Notes: generated by a model from the letters alone, not told the origin. A stretch of DNA of 64,000 bases from Streptosporangiaceae bacterium (GCA_035532295.1 DATKRH010000242.1:2295-66294), one strand, 5' to 3'. Positions 33,943-43,240 are shown, counted from the first letter of the stretch. Made by a program: numbers and translations.

Positions 33943-34247
33943 TCGTGGGCCTGGCGGATGATCTCGGCCGGGAGCGCGCGCCCAGCTTGCCCAGGATGTG
34001 CGAGACGTGGGTCTGGATGGTGTTGCGGGACAGGAACATCGCGGCCGCGATGTCGGGGTTGGACAGCCCGGCTCCGACCAGCCCGGCGACCGTCAGCTCG
34101 GTCGGGGTCAGGGACTCCCAGCCGGCGGTCGGGACCGACCGGTAGCTGCCCCGGCCGCGCCGGACGCCGTAGGGCTCCCAGCGCCCCGACCAGCCCGTCC
34201 AGGAGCGCCAGCTCGGCGGCACGCCCCACAAACCAGTCATCCGTCAT
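33924..34247 (-). pseudogene. Decayed LuxR-family regulator remnant (internal deletion plus frameshifts)
   Basis: Frame 1 gives MTDDWFVGRAAELALLDGLVG, typical of the N-terminus of large ATPase-LuxR regulators, and ends ...AEIIRQAHDHRAAS. The LuxR HTH itself (LTPTELTVAGLVGAGLSNPDIAAAMFLSRNTIQTHVSHILGKLGARS) lies in a second frame (ORF 33821..34240). Confidence 0.45.
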
Positions 34248-34330
34248 AAGCGCGATCGTAGTGGCACAAACTACCGCGATTCCCGCGAGTCTCGGCGGGG
34301 CTAGCGAGCCCGTGGTGAGCGAGCCTGTGG

Positions 34331-35842
34331 TTAGCGCGCGGGCGTCACGAACCGGGCGAGCTGCTCCGACTGCTCGATCCGGCTGGGCTCGTGCACGTAC
34401 ATCATGTGGCCCGCCTCGAAGTAGCTGAACTCGATGTTGGCCGCCAGTTCCGGCGGGACGGCCAGGTGGGCGAAGGTGTGCTCGGCCGCGAAGTACGGGG
34501 TCGCCCCGTCGTGGTAGCCGCAGGCCACGTGCACCCGCATGTGCGGGTTCGTCCGCATCGCCGCCGCCAGCTTGTCCGCCACGTACAGGTGGGCGCCCTC
34601 GAACTCCTTGTAGGACCAGGGGCGGACCCGGCTCGTCAGGATCTCGTACGGCAGGTCGCTGTGGTACTCCAGCTCGCCCCGCACGTAATGGTTGAGGGTG
34701 GCGGCATACGGGCCGGTGATGGCGTCGATCGAGGGATCACTGGTCCAGTGCTCCCGGCCGTAGTCGTCCTCCCAGCCGGTGAACCGGCCGTCGAGCCGGC
34801 CCACGGTCCGCCGCTGCGACCGCAGCAGCTCGGTGAAGAAGCGGACGTGCTCGGGCCGCAGGTTGACCCGGTCGACGTAATCCTCCGTCAGCCCGGTCAG
34901 CGCCGCCACCCGCGCGATGGCGGTCGCGCGCTGCGCCGCGCTGAGCCGCGAGCCGCGGCCGAGCGCCCACAGGTAGTCCCGCGACGCGTACGCCTCCGCC
35001 TCGTCCAGCACCTCGCGCAGCGGCCGGCCGCCGTGCTTGCCGTGATAGTGCGCGATCGCCGCGTAGGTCGGCAGGTAGTGCACGAAGGCGTCGTCGTTGC
35101 CGCTGCTGAAGACCGTGGTCCCGCCGTCCAGGAAGCAGGAGATCAGGATGAGGCCGTTCAGGTACATTCCATAACGTTCCTGCAGGTGCCGGGCCAGGCC
35201 CGCCGCGCGGGTCGTGCCGTAGGACTCGCCGCACAGGTACTTGGGGGATATCCACCGGTCGTTGCGCGTGGTCCACAGCCGGATCACCTCGCCGACCGAC
35301 TCGATATCGCCGGCGAACCCGTGGAAGTCGGCGGGCTTGCCGCCGGTGACCGCCCGCGAGAACCCGGTCGAGACCGGGTCGATGAACACCAGGTCGCTGT
35401 GCCGCAGCAGGGTCTGCTCGTTGTCCGCCAGCCCGTAGGGCGGTGGCAGCAGCGCGCCGGCGTCCCCCATCAGCACCCGGCGCGGCCCGAGCAGGCCCAG
35501 GTGCAGCCAGACGCTGGCCGAGCCAGGCCCGCCGTTGAACGCGAAGGTCACCGGGCGGTCCGCCACGTCCGCCCCGTCGGCGGTGTACGCGACGACGAAC
35601 ACCTCCGCGGTGGCCTTATGGCCCTCGAACGCGTCGTCGGCCTGCTGCTCCTTGCGCAGCACCATCCGGCCCGCGGTGACCGTGTACGACAGGGGTGCGC
35701 CGGGTGCGCCGGGTGCGCCGGGTGCGCCCCCGACGGTGATCTCGTGATGGGTGACGGTCAGGTCGTCCTTCGGATCGGCCCGCTTGTCCCGCTCGTCCCG
35801 TGCGGCCCGCTCGTCCCGCTCGCCGTTGTCCGCCTCGGTCAT
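34331..35842 (-). CDS. Serine carboxypeptidase (peptidase S10 family)
   Basis: FAFNGGPGSASVWLHLG and catalytic-Ser region LCGESYGTTRAAG. The N-terminus has DER and GAP repeats. ATGA overlap with the upstream hydrolase gene. Confidence 0.85.
   Translation of the reverse strand: MTEADNGERDERAARDERDKRADPKDDLTVTHHEITVGGAPGAPGAPGAPLSYTVTAGRMVLRKEQQADDAFEGHKATAEVFVVAYTADGADVADRPVTFAFNGGPGSASVWLHLGLLGPRRVLMGDAGALLPPPYGLADNEQTLLRHSDLVFIDPVSTGFSRAVTGGKPADFHGFAGDIESVGEVIRLWTTRNDRWISPKYLCGESYGTTRAAGLARHLQERYGMYLNGLILISCFLDGGTTVFSSGNDDAFVHYLPTYAAIAHYHGKHGGRPLREVLDEAEAYASRDYLWALGRGSRLSAAQRATAIARVAALTGLTEDYVDRVNLRPEHVRFFTELLRSQRRTVGRLDGRFTGWEDDYGREHWTSDPSIDAITGPYAATLNHYVRGELEYHSDLPYEILTSRVRPWSYKEFEGAHLYVADKLAAAMRTNPHMRVHVACGYHDGATPYFAAEHTFAHLAVPPELAANIEFSYFEAGHMMYVHEPSRIEQSEQLARFVTPAR
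35694..35729 (-). repeat. 9-bp tandem repeat x4 (ggtgcgccg) encoding GAP repeats in the S10 peptidase
   Basis: Read directly from the sequence. Confidence 0.9.
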
Positions 35843-36633
35843 GGCACCGAAGCCGCGGTGCTCCGCGCCGCGGCGGCGGCCAGCGCCCGGAACAGGCTCG
35901 GGTCATCGCCGGCCTCGGGGTGCCACTGCACCGCGACCGCGAACGGGTGCTGGGCACGATCGAGCTCCACCGCCTCGATCGTGCCGTCGGGGGCCCAGGC
36001 GGTGGCGGTCAGGCCGTCACCCAGCCGCTCGATGGCCTGATGATGATGAGTGGGCACGACGACCGGCAGGTGGTCGGTCAGGTCCGTCCGGTTCAGGATC
36101 GAGGCCAGGCGGCTGCCGGGCGTGATGGCGACCTCGTGGCGGCCATAACCGCCCGGCTCCGGCGAATGGCCCTCATGGCCGACCAGGTCCGGCAGGTGCT
36201 GGTACAGGGTGCCGCCCATCGCGACGTTGAGGACCTGCAGGCCGCGGCAGACGCCGAGCACCGGCAGCCGGCGGGACACCGCGGCCGTCAGCAGCGCCAG
36301 CTCCGCGCCGTCGCGAGCGGGGCTGGCCGGGCCGCAGTGCGGGTCGCGCTCCGCGCCGTAGCGGGCCGGATCGATGTCCCCCCCGCCGGACAGCACGAGC
36401 CCGTCGAGGCGGCCGATCACCTCGTCGATCCCGGCGATCGGCGGCAACAGCACCGGGATCGCGCCCGCCGCGGCCACCTGGGTGACGTAGCGATCCGGGA
36501 GCAGCACGGCGGGCAGGTCCCAGGCCCCCCAGCGCGCCTGCTGGCCGTAGGCGCTGATGCCGATCAGAGGCGGCCGGGCCCCGGCCTCGCCCAGCGGGCT
36601 CCCGGGCCGGTCGATCCGGGTCTCGCTCACCAC
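35839..36633 (-). CDS. Gamma-glutamyl-gamma-aminobutyrate hydrolase family protein (class I GATase / peptidase C26, PuuD-like)
   Basis: Nucleophile elbow GVCRGLQVLNVAMGGTL and the HH..A pattern (PTHHHQAIE). Confidence 0.88.
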   Translation of the reverse strand: MVSETRIDRPGSPLGEAGARPPLIGISAYGQQARWGAWDLPAVLLPDRYVTQVAAAGAIPVLLPPIAGIDEVIGRLDGLVLSGGGDIDPARYGAERDPHCGPASPARDGAELALLTAAVSRRLPVLGVCRGLQVLNVAMGGTLYQHLPDLVGHEGHSPEPGGYGRHEVAITPGSRLASILNRTDLTDHLPVVVPTHHHQAIERLGDGLTATAWAPDGTIEAVELDRAQHPFAVAVQWHPEAGDDPSLFRALAAAAARSTAASVP

Positions 36634-36671
36634 GTCACCTCCGTGTCAGCCGAACTACCGTGTCCGCCGAA

Positions 36672-37436
36672 CTACAAGGGTGTCACATACGCACCGCTGA
36701 TACCGCCGTCCACCAGGAACGACGATGCCGTCATGAACGAGGAGTCGTCGCTGGCCAGGAACGCGACGGCGGCCGCGATCTCCTCGGGCTCGCCGAACCG
36801 GCCCATCGGCACGTGCACGAGGCGCCGGGCCGCCCGCTCGGGGTCGGAGGCGAATAGCTCGCGCAGCAGCGGCGTGCTGACCGGTCCCGGGCACAGCGCG
36901 TTCACCCGGATGCCCTCGCGCGCGAACTGCACGCCGAGCTCCCGGCTCATCGCCAGCACCCCGCCCTTGGAGGCGGTGTAGGAGATCTGCGAGGTCGCGG
37001 CGCCCAGCACGGCGACGAACGAGGCGGTGTTGATGATCGATCCCTTGCCGGCGCGCCGCATGTGCGGGATGACGTACTTGCAGCACAGGTAGACCGAGGT
37101 GAGGTTGACCTCCTGGACCCGGCGCCACGCGTCCAGGCCGGTGGTCAGGATGGAGTCATCCTCGGGCGGCGAGATGCCCGCGTTGTTGAACGCGATGTCG
37201 ATCCGGCCCAGCCGCTGCGCCACCTCGTCGAACAGCCCGCGGACCTGCTCCTCGCTGGCCACGTCGGCCGCCAGGAACAGGCCGCCAACTTCGTCCGCCG
37301 CGGCCTGCCCCGCGGCCTCGTCGATGTCGACGGCGACCACCCGGGCGCCCTCGGCGGCCAGCCGCCGCACGCTCGCGAGCCCGATGCCGCTACCCGCGCC
37401 GGTAACCACGGCGACCCGATCCTGCAGGCGCTCCAT
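36672..37436 (-). CDS. SDR-family oxidoreductase
   Basis: VTGAGSGIG cofactor motif, NNAG and YTASKGG catalytic motif. Confidence 0.9.
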   Translation of the reverse strand: MERLQDRVAVVTGAGSGIGLASVRRLAAEGARVVAVDIDEAAGQAAADEVGGLFLAADVASEEQVRGLFDEVAQRLGRIDIAFNNAGISPPEDDSILTTGLDAWRRVQEVNLTSVYLCCKYVIPHMRRAGKGSIINTASFVAVLGAATSQISYTASKGGVLAMSRELGVQFAREGIRVNALCPGPVSTPLLRELFASDPERAARRLVHVPMGRFGEPEEIAAAVAFLASDDSSFMTASSFLVDGGISGAYVTPL

Positions 37437-37463
37437 CAGCTAGCCCTTCTACTCGTCGGTGCT

Positions 37464-37493
37464 TCAGACATCGGTGCGTCAGACATCGGTCGA
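37464..37493 (-). repeat. 15-bp tandem duplication that includes the aldehyde dehydrogenase stop codon
   Basis: On the coding strand: ACCGATGTCTGA CGC ACCGATGTCTGA AGC ACCGACGAGTAG. These are three degenerate units, each ending in an in-frame stop. Confidence 0.85.
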
Positions 37494-38852
37494 GATGAAG
37501 ACGTTCTTGGTCTCGGTGAACGCCTCCAGCGCGTCCGGACCGAGCTCACGCCCGAGACCGGACTGCTTGAACCCCCCGAACGGGGTCCAGTAGCGCACCG
37601 ACGCATGCGAGTTGACCGACAGGTTGCCGGTCTCCACGCCACGGGCCACCCGGATCGCCCGGCCGACGCTGCCGGTCCAGATGGAGCCGGACAGCCCGTA
37701 GGGGGTGTCGTTGGCGATCGCCACCGCGTCGGCCTCGTCGGTGAACGGCGTGACCGTGACCACCGGCCCGAATACCTCGTCGACAAAGGCGGGGCAGTCG
37801 GGGCCGGCCGGCGCGAGCACGGTCGGCGGGAACCAGTACCCCGCTCCCCGCGGCGCGCTGCCGCGGAACGCGACCGGCGCGTCGTCGGGCACGTAGGCCG
37901 CGACCCGCTCGCGGTGCGCGGCCGAGATCAAGGGCCCCATCTGGGTGGCCTCGTCGGCCGGGTCGCCGACCCGGACGCTCCGCACCGCGGGCTCGAGCAG
38001 CTCCATGAAACGGTCATAGACCGAGCGCTCCACGAGGATCCGGGACCGCGCGCAGCAGTCCTGCCCGGCGTTGTCGAAGACCGCCTGCGGCGCCGCGGCC
38101 GCCGCGCGCTCGATGTCGGCGTCGGCGAACACGATGTTGGCGCTCTTGCCGCCCAGCTCCAGCGTCACGCGCTTCACCTGGCGGGCGCAGCCCGCCATGA
38201 TCTCGCGGCCGACCGCCGTCGATCCGGTGAAGACGATCTTGCGGACGGCCGGGTGGTCGACCAGGCGCTGGCCGACCACGCTGCCCTGGCCCGGCAGGAC
38301 CTGGAAGACGTGCTCGGGCAGCCCCGCCGCCAGGGCCAGCTCGCCGATCCGCATCGCGGTCAGCGGGGTGACCTCGGCGGGCTTGGCGATCACCGTGTTG
38401 CCGGCCGCCAGCGCCGGCGCCATGCCCCAGGCCAGGATCGGCATCGGGAAGTTCCACGGCACGATCAGGCCGACCACGCCCAGCGGCTCCGCGAAGGTGA
38501 CGTTCAGGCCGCCGGCCACCGGGATCTGCTTTCCGATCAGCCGCTCCGGCCCGGCCGAGTAGTACAGCAGCACATCCCGGACATGCTCGGCCTCCCACGT
38601 CGCCTGCCCGATCGGGTGCCCCGAGCCCGCGACCTCGAGCGCGGCCAGCTCGGCGGCGTGGGCGTCCACCTCGGCTGCGAACCGGCGCAGCAGCCGGGCC
38701 CGGTCGCCCGGCGCGACCGCGCGCCAGGCGGCCTGCGCGGCGGCCGCCCGCTCGATGGCGGCGTCGGCCTGCCGCGCCGACGTCAGCGTCACCGTCGTGA
38801 CCGGGTCCTCGGTGGCCGGGTTCACCACGGTGTACTGCGTGCTTTCAGACAT
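37479..38852 (-). CDS. Aldehyde dehydrogenase family protein
   Basis: FTGSTAVG, ELGGKS and catalytic-Cys region NAGQDCCA. I prefer the MSESTQ start at 38852 over the ORF-track 38897. Confidence 0.92.
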   Translation of the reverse strand: MSESTQYTVVNPATEDPVTTVTLTSARQADAAIERAAAAQAAWRAVAPGDRARLLRRFAAEVDAHAAELAALEVAGSGHPIGQATWEAEHVRDVLLYYSAGPERLIGKQIPVAGGLNVTFAEPLGVVGLIVPWNFPMPILAWGMAPALAAGNTVIAKPAEVTPLTAMRIGELALAAGLPEHVFQVLPGQGSVVGQRLVDHPAVRKIVFTGSTAVGREIMAGCARQVKRVTLELGGKSANIVFADADIERAAAAAPQAVFDNAGQDCCARSRILVERSVYDRFMELLEPAVRSVRVGDPADEATQMGPLISAAHRERVAAYVPDDAPVAFRGSAPRGAGYWFPPTVLAPAGPDCPAFVDEVFGPVVTVTPFTDEADAVAIANDTPYGLSGSIWTGSVGRAIRVARGVETGNLSVNSHASVRYWTPFGGFKQSGLGRELGPDALEAFTETKNVFISTDV

Positions 38853-38933
38853 GACTGCTCTCCCGCTCGTCCCGCTCGTCCCGCTCATCCCGCACATCAG
38901 TTTCCCGCCCGGCGCAGCCGGACACCCGGCGCG

Positions 38934-40325
38934 CTAGATGCGCTCGAAGCAGCGCCGCAGCTCCCAGTCGGTCACCGCCGCGTCGTAGGCGGCCAGCTCG
39001 ACGCGGGCGTAGTTCGCGTAGTGGCTGATCACCTCGGGCCCGAACGCCGCGGCCGCGAGGTCGCTGCCTTCCCAGAGCGCCAGCGCGTCGCGGAGCGTCT
39101 GCGGCACCCGGACGCTGTCGTCGGCGTAGGCGTTGCCCGGGTAGGCGGGCTCCAGGGGCAGCTCGTTATCGATCCCGTGCAGGCCCGCGGCGATCATCGC
39201 GGCGACCGCGAGGTAGGGGTTGACATCACCGCCGGGCGTGCGGTTCTCCGGCCGGAGCGAGGGCCCGTGCCCGACCAGCCGCAGTGCGCAGGTCCGGTTG
39301 TCGACGCCCCACCGGACGGCCGTGGGCGCGAAGCTGCCCGCCGCGAACCGCTTATAGGAGTTGATGTTGGGCGCGTAGCACAGGGTCAGCTCGCGCAGCG
39401 CGGCCAGCTGGCCCGCCAGGAAATGCTCGCCGGTCTTCGACAGCCCGTGCGGGCCGTCTCCGGCCAGCACGGGCCCGCCGTCCTCATCGCGCACCGACAG
39501 GTGGATGTGGCACGAGTTGCCCTCGCGGGCGTTCGGCTTGGCCATGAACGTGATGCTCATGCCCTCCTGAGCGGCGATCTCCTTGGCCCCCGTCTTATAA
39601 ATCGAATGGTTATCGCAGGTGGTCACCGCCTCGGCGTACCGGAAGGCGATCTCGTGCTGGCCGAGGTTGCACTCGCCCTTGGCCGACTCCACGTACATGC
39701 CCGCGTCGGCCATCCCCAGCCGGATCCTGCGCAGCAGCGGCTCGACCCTGGACGTGCCCAGGATCGAGTAGTCCACGTTGTACTGGTTGGCCGGGGACAG
39801 GTCGCGGTAGTCCTTGGCGGCCGCCTCCTCATAGGTGTCGGTGTAGACGACGAACTCCAGCTCCGTGCCGGCCAGCGCGATCCAGCCGCGATCGGCCAGG
39901 CGGCGGATCTGCCGCTGCAGGATCTGCCGCGGCGAGGCGGCCACCGGCGATCCGTCATGCCAGATCAGGTCCGCCAGCACCAGGGCCGTGGCCGGGTGCC
40001 ACGGAACCCGCCGCAGGGTGTCCAGGTCCGGCCGCAGCACGAAGTCGCCGTAACCCGTGTCCCAGGACGACATGGCGTACCCGTCCACCGTGTTCATGTC
40101 GACATCCACGGCCAGCAGGTAGTTACAGCCCTCCGAGAAGTTCTCCGCGACCTCGTCGAGGAAGAACTCGGCGGATAGCCGCTTGCCCTGGAGCCGGCCC
40201 TGCATGTCGGTGAAGGCGAGCACGACCGTGTCGATCTCGCGCTCGCCCACCTCCACGCGCAGCCGCTCGAGGGTCAGCATCCCGCGCTGCTGGCTGTAGG
40301 GGCCATGGCCCCGGTAGAGCGGCAT
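38934..40325 (-). CDS. Glutamine synthetase family protein (GlnA-like gamma-glutamyl-amine ligase)
   Basis: GS catalytic-domain motifs (NSCHIHLS, NSYKRF). Operon context with a PuuD-like hydrolase and an aldehyde dehydrogenase. Confidence 0.9.
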   Translation of the reverse strand: MPLYRGHGPYSQQRGMLTLERLRVEVGEREIDTVVLAFTDMQGRLQGKRLSAEFFLDEVAENFSEGCNYLLAVDVDMNTVDGYAMSSWDTGYGDFVLRPDLDTLRRVPWHPATALVLADLIWHDGSPVAASPRQILQRQIRRLADRGWIALAGTELEFVVYTDTYEEAAAKDYRDLSPANQYNVDYSILGTSRVEPLLRRIRLGMADAGMYVESAKGECNLGQHEIAFRYAEAVTTCDNHSIYKTGAKEIAAQEGMSITFMAKPNAREGNSCHIHLSVRDEDGGPVLAGDGPHGLSKTGEHFLAGQLAALRELTLCYAPNINSYKRFAAGSFAPTAVRWGVDNRTCALRLVGHGPSLRPENRTPGGDVNPYLAVAAMIAAGLHGIDNELPLEPAYPGNAYADDSVRVPQTLRDALALWEGSDLAAAAFGPEVISHYANYARVELAAYDAAVTDWELRRCFERI

Positions 40326-40386
40326 CCGGCTCCGATCGTGTCGATATCCTGGTACTGGCGTTATTCATTCCCGGCGTGGACAGGGC

Positions 40387-41922
40387 TCAGGCCGACAACT
40401 CCCGCTCGATCGCCGCCAGCTCGTCCGGCGAACCCTGGACCCGCGGGCCGGTGAACCACTTCCGGGCCGAGACGAGCCAGTAGATGCCGGCGAAGCCGAC
40501 CACTACGGCGACGGCGATCACGGCGTAGTTGAACGTGGACCAGGTGATCGGGCCGACCTGCGGCAGCATGAACAGGATCGTGATGATGACGACCCAGGTC
40601 ACCGCGATGATCCCGATCGGCTTGCTCCACCGGCCCAGGTGCCAGGGGCCGCGCTCGAAGCTGTCGCCCTGGCGCAGGCGCAGGAAGGTCGGCAGCACGT
40701 AGGCGATGTACAGGCCGATGACGGCGATGGACGTGACCGCCGCGTAAGCGGTGTAGTTCCAGAGGTAGGGCAGGCCAAGGATGAGGGCGCCGACGGCGGC
40801 CAGCCAGATCGCGTTCGTGGGCGTCCGGGTGCGCTTGTTCACCCGGTGCCAGAACGCGGAGCCCGGCAGGGCGCCGTCCCGCGAGAACGCGTAGATCATC
40901 CGCGAGTTGGCGGTCACCGAGGACATGCCGCAGAAGAGCTGAGCGCCGATCGCGATGAGCAGCAGCAGCTTGCCCACGGCCGACCCGGCGGCGTCGATGA
41001 AGATCTGGGCCGGCGGCACTCCCGTCGCGGACAGCCGCTCGGGCTCGTAGTGCTGGATCGCGAAGGTGATCCCGATCAGCAGGATCCAGCCGGCGAACAG
41101 CGACACCACGATCGAGCTCACGATGCCGCGGGGGCCGCTGCGGGCCGCGTCGTGGGTTTCCTCGGTCATGTGCGCGGAAGCGTCGTAGCCGGTGAAGGTG
41201 TACTGCGCCAGCAGCAGCCCGATCAGCACGATGTAGATCGTGCCGATGTGCAGTCCGGTGTCGTTGACGAAGTGCCCGAAGACGAAGCTCGCCGACTGGT
41301 GGTGGGTCGGCTTGAAGGCCAGTACCCCGACGATGATGAGCACGCCGAGGATGTGCCACCAGACGCTGATGTCGTTCAGCAGCGCGACCAGCCTGATCCC
41401 GAACTGGTTCAGCAGGCCGTGCACGAGCAGGACGATGGCATAGATCAGGACGGTCACCCAGTGCGCCGTGCTCCAGCCCCACTCCAGGGTGCCGAAGGCG
41501 TTGATGAAGAACGCCGCGCCGAAGTCGATGCCCGCGGTCACCGCCACCTGGCCGAGGAAGTTGAACCAGCCCGTGAACCAGGACCAGGCGGGCCCGTTGC
41601 GGCGAGCCAGTTTCGCCGACCAGTAGTACAGGCCGCCGGCGGTCGGGAAGCTGGAGCAGACCTCCGCCATGGCCAGGCCGACGAACAGGGTCATGATGCC
41701 GACGAACGGCCAGCCCCAGACGATGACAGCCGGCCCGCCGGTACCCATGCCGTACCCGTACAGCGTCAGGCAGCCGGACAGGATCGAGATGATCGTGAAC
41801 GAGACGGCGAAGTTCGAGAAGCCCGACATCCGCCGTCGCAGTTCCTGCGCGTAGCCGAGCCTGTGCAGGGTCTCCTCGTCGCTGCTCAGCGGCGCGGATG
41901 ATGCGTGCTCATTGACCGCCAC
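40387..41922 (-). CDS. APC-family amino acid/amine permease
   Basis: About 12 TM segments and LRRRMSGFSNFAVSFTIISIL start region. GTG 41922 is preceded by AAGGAGAG; the ORF-track start at 42042 is probably too long. Confidence 0.88.
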   Translation of the reverse strand: MAVNEHASSAPLSSDEETLHRLGYAQELRRRMSGFSNFAVSFTIISILSGCLTLYGYGMGTGGPAVIVWGWPFVGIMTLFVGLAMAEVCSSFPTAGGLYYWSAKLARRNGPAWSWFTGWFNFLGQVAVTAGIDFGAAFFINAFGTLEWGWSTAHWVTVLIYAIVLLVHGLLNQFGIRLVALLNDISVWWHILGVLIIVGVLAFKPTHHQSASFVFGHFVNDTGLHIGTIYIVLIGLLLAQYTFTGYDASAHMTEETHDAARSGPRGIVSSIVVSLFAGWILLIGITFAIQHYEPERLSATGVPPAQIFIDAAGSAVGKLLLLIAIGAQLFCGMSSVTANSRMIYAFSRDGALPGSAFWHRVNKRTRTPTNAIWLAAVGALILGLPYLWNYTAYAAVTSIAVIGLYIAYVLPTFLRLRQGDSFERGPWHLGRWSKPIGIIAVTWVVIITILFMLPQVGPITWSTFNYAVIAVAVVVGFAGIYWLVSARKWFTGPRVQGSPDELAAIERELSA

Positions 41923-42208
41923 GGCTTGCTCTCCTTGGGTCCGAACTACGGTTGGAGTACCTGCTGCGGGCCGCCCCCGCCGCACGCCTCCGTCGCGCGA
42001 CCCCGCACCCCCGCACTGGGGGCTGGCGAGTGAGAAATCCAATGGTCTAATATCAGACCAATGATGGCTAGACCTGAGGCAATGTCAATAGTCCGGACGA
42101 AATTTGTCCGCGACGCCGCATAGTTCCCGAGCCGCGGGCGGGTCTGACCCGCGCGCCAGGCCGCCTACAGTCGGCCCAGCAGTGCCAGCGCAGCGGAGGG
42201 CGGTAACG

Positions 42209-42931
42209 GTGGGCGCCGGGGTCGATCTGGGCGCAGTACTGCGGCCCGTGCGGCAAGGCAACGCGTTCGAGGAGACCGTCGAGCGGCTGCTGACCGTGAT
42301 CAAACTCGGCATGATCGCGCCCGGCGAGCGGTTCCCGGCCGAGCGTGAGCTGGCGGTCCAGCTCGGGATCAGCCGGCTGACGCTGCGCGAGGCACTCCGG
42401 GAACTGCAGGAGGCGGGCTACGTCAGCTCCCGTCGCGGCCGGTTCGGCGGGACGTTCGTCACCTACACGCCGCCCGCCCCGGACCGGGACGAGTTCCGCC
42501 GCCTGGCTCGCGAGGACGGGGCCAAGCTGGCCGATGCGCTGACCTTCCGGCTCGCCGTCGAGAACGGCGCCGCCGAGATCCTGGCCGGCCTGCCGGCCGA
42601 CGAACAGGCGCGCGAGACCCTGCTGGCCCGGCTCGCCGAGGTCAACGCCGCCGGCCCGGCCGATTACCGCCGCCTGGACACGCTTTTCCATCTCGCCATC
42701 GCCGAGCTGACCGGGTCCAGCCTGCTGCTGGCCGCGTGCACCGACGCGCGGATGCGGCTGGTCGGCCTCCTCGATGCCATCCCCATGCTGCAGCGCAACA
42801 TCGATCACAGCAACGTCCAGCACGCCGCCATGGTGACCGCGATCCTGGCCGGAGACGCGCAGCAGGCGCGCGCGGCGGTCACCGAGCACCTGTCGGGGAC
42901 GGCATCTCTCCTGCGCGGCTTCTTGGGCTGA
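42209..42931 (+). CDS. FadR/GntR-family transcriptional regulator
   Basis: Winged HTH ERELAVQLGISRLTLREALRELQEAGYV plus an FCD-type helical C-terminal domain. GTG 42209 with GGAGGG upstream. Divergent from the permease operon. Confidence 0.85.
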   Translation: MGAGVDLGAVLRPVRQGNAFEETVERLLTVIKLGMIAPGERFPAERELAVQLGISRLTLREALRELQEAGYVSSRRGRFGGTFVTYTPPAPDRDEFRRLAREDGAKLADALTFRLAVENGAAEILAGLPADEQARETLLARLAEVNAAGPADYRRLDTLFHLAIAELTGSSLLLAACTDARMRLVGLLDAIPMLQRNIDHSNVQHAAMVTAILAGDAQQARAAVTEHLSGTASLLRGFLG

Positions 42932-42934
42932 CGG

Positions 42935-43240
42935 GGCTGACTGGGCTGCTGGCTCTGGCCGCGGTGACGAAGCTGTCGGAGTCGCAGGTCAGCGTCATGG
43001 CCGCCGAGCTGGATGAGATGATCACAACCCGACGCCGCCTCGGTCCGCGCTCAGCAAGCCCAGGTCGTGACCGCCCACCGCGCCCCCCGCGAGAGCTGGC
43101 GCCAGGTGTGGAGCAATAACCCCCGGGAACGCCTCAATAAAGAGATGCAGGCGAACTAATGGGAATGACGTGACAATCGAGGCCATTGGTGCTTAATCAG
43201 AACCTGATCGCGAGGTGGCATTCTCTCACACACCACCCGT
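42935..43240 (+). mobile_element. IS256-family (mutator-type) transposase remnant, internally deleted and interrupted by stops
   Basis: Translated fragments TKLSESQVSVMAAELDEM and SWRQVWSNNPRERLNKEM match the conserved ...SKSQVSR.AAELDE... and ...HWRQ.WS.NP.ERLN.EI.RR... blocks of IS256-type transposases. A degraded ...IGA...E..D.E.A block follows. The hundreds of residues normally lying between these blocks are missing. Confidence 0.55.

Noticed and set aside
37062-40178. 1038-aa plus-strand ORF
   Set aside because: It is antisense to the SDR, aldehyde dehydrogenase and GlnA-like genes, all of which carry clear catalytic motifs. It has no motifs of its own.
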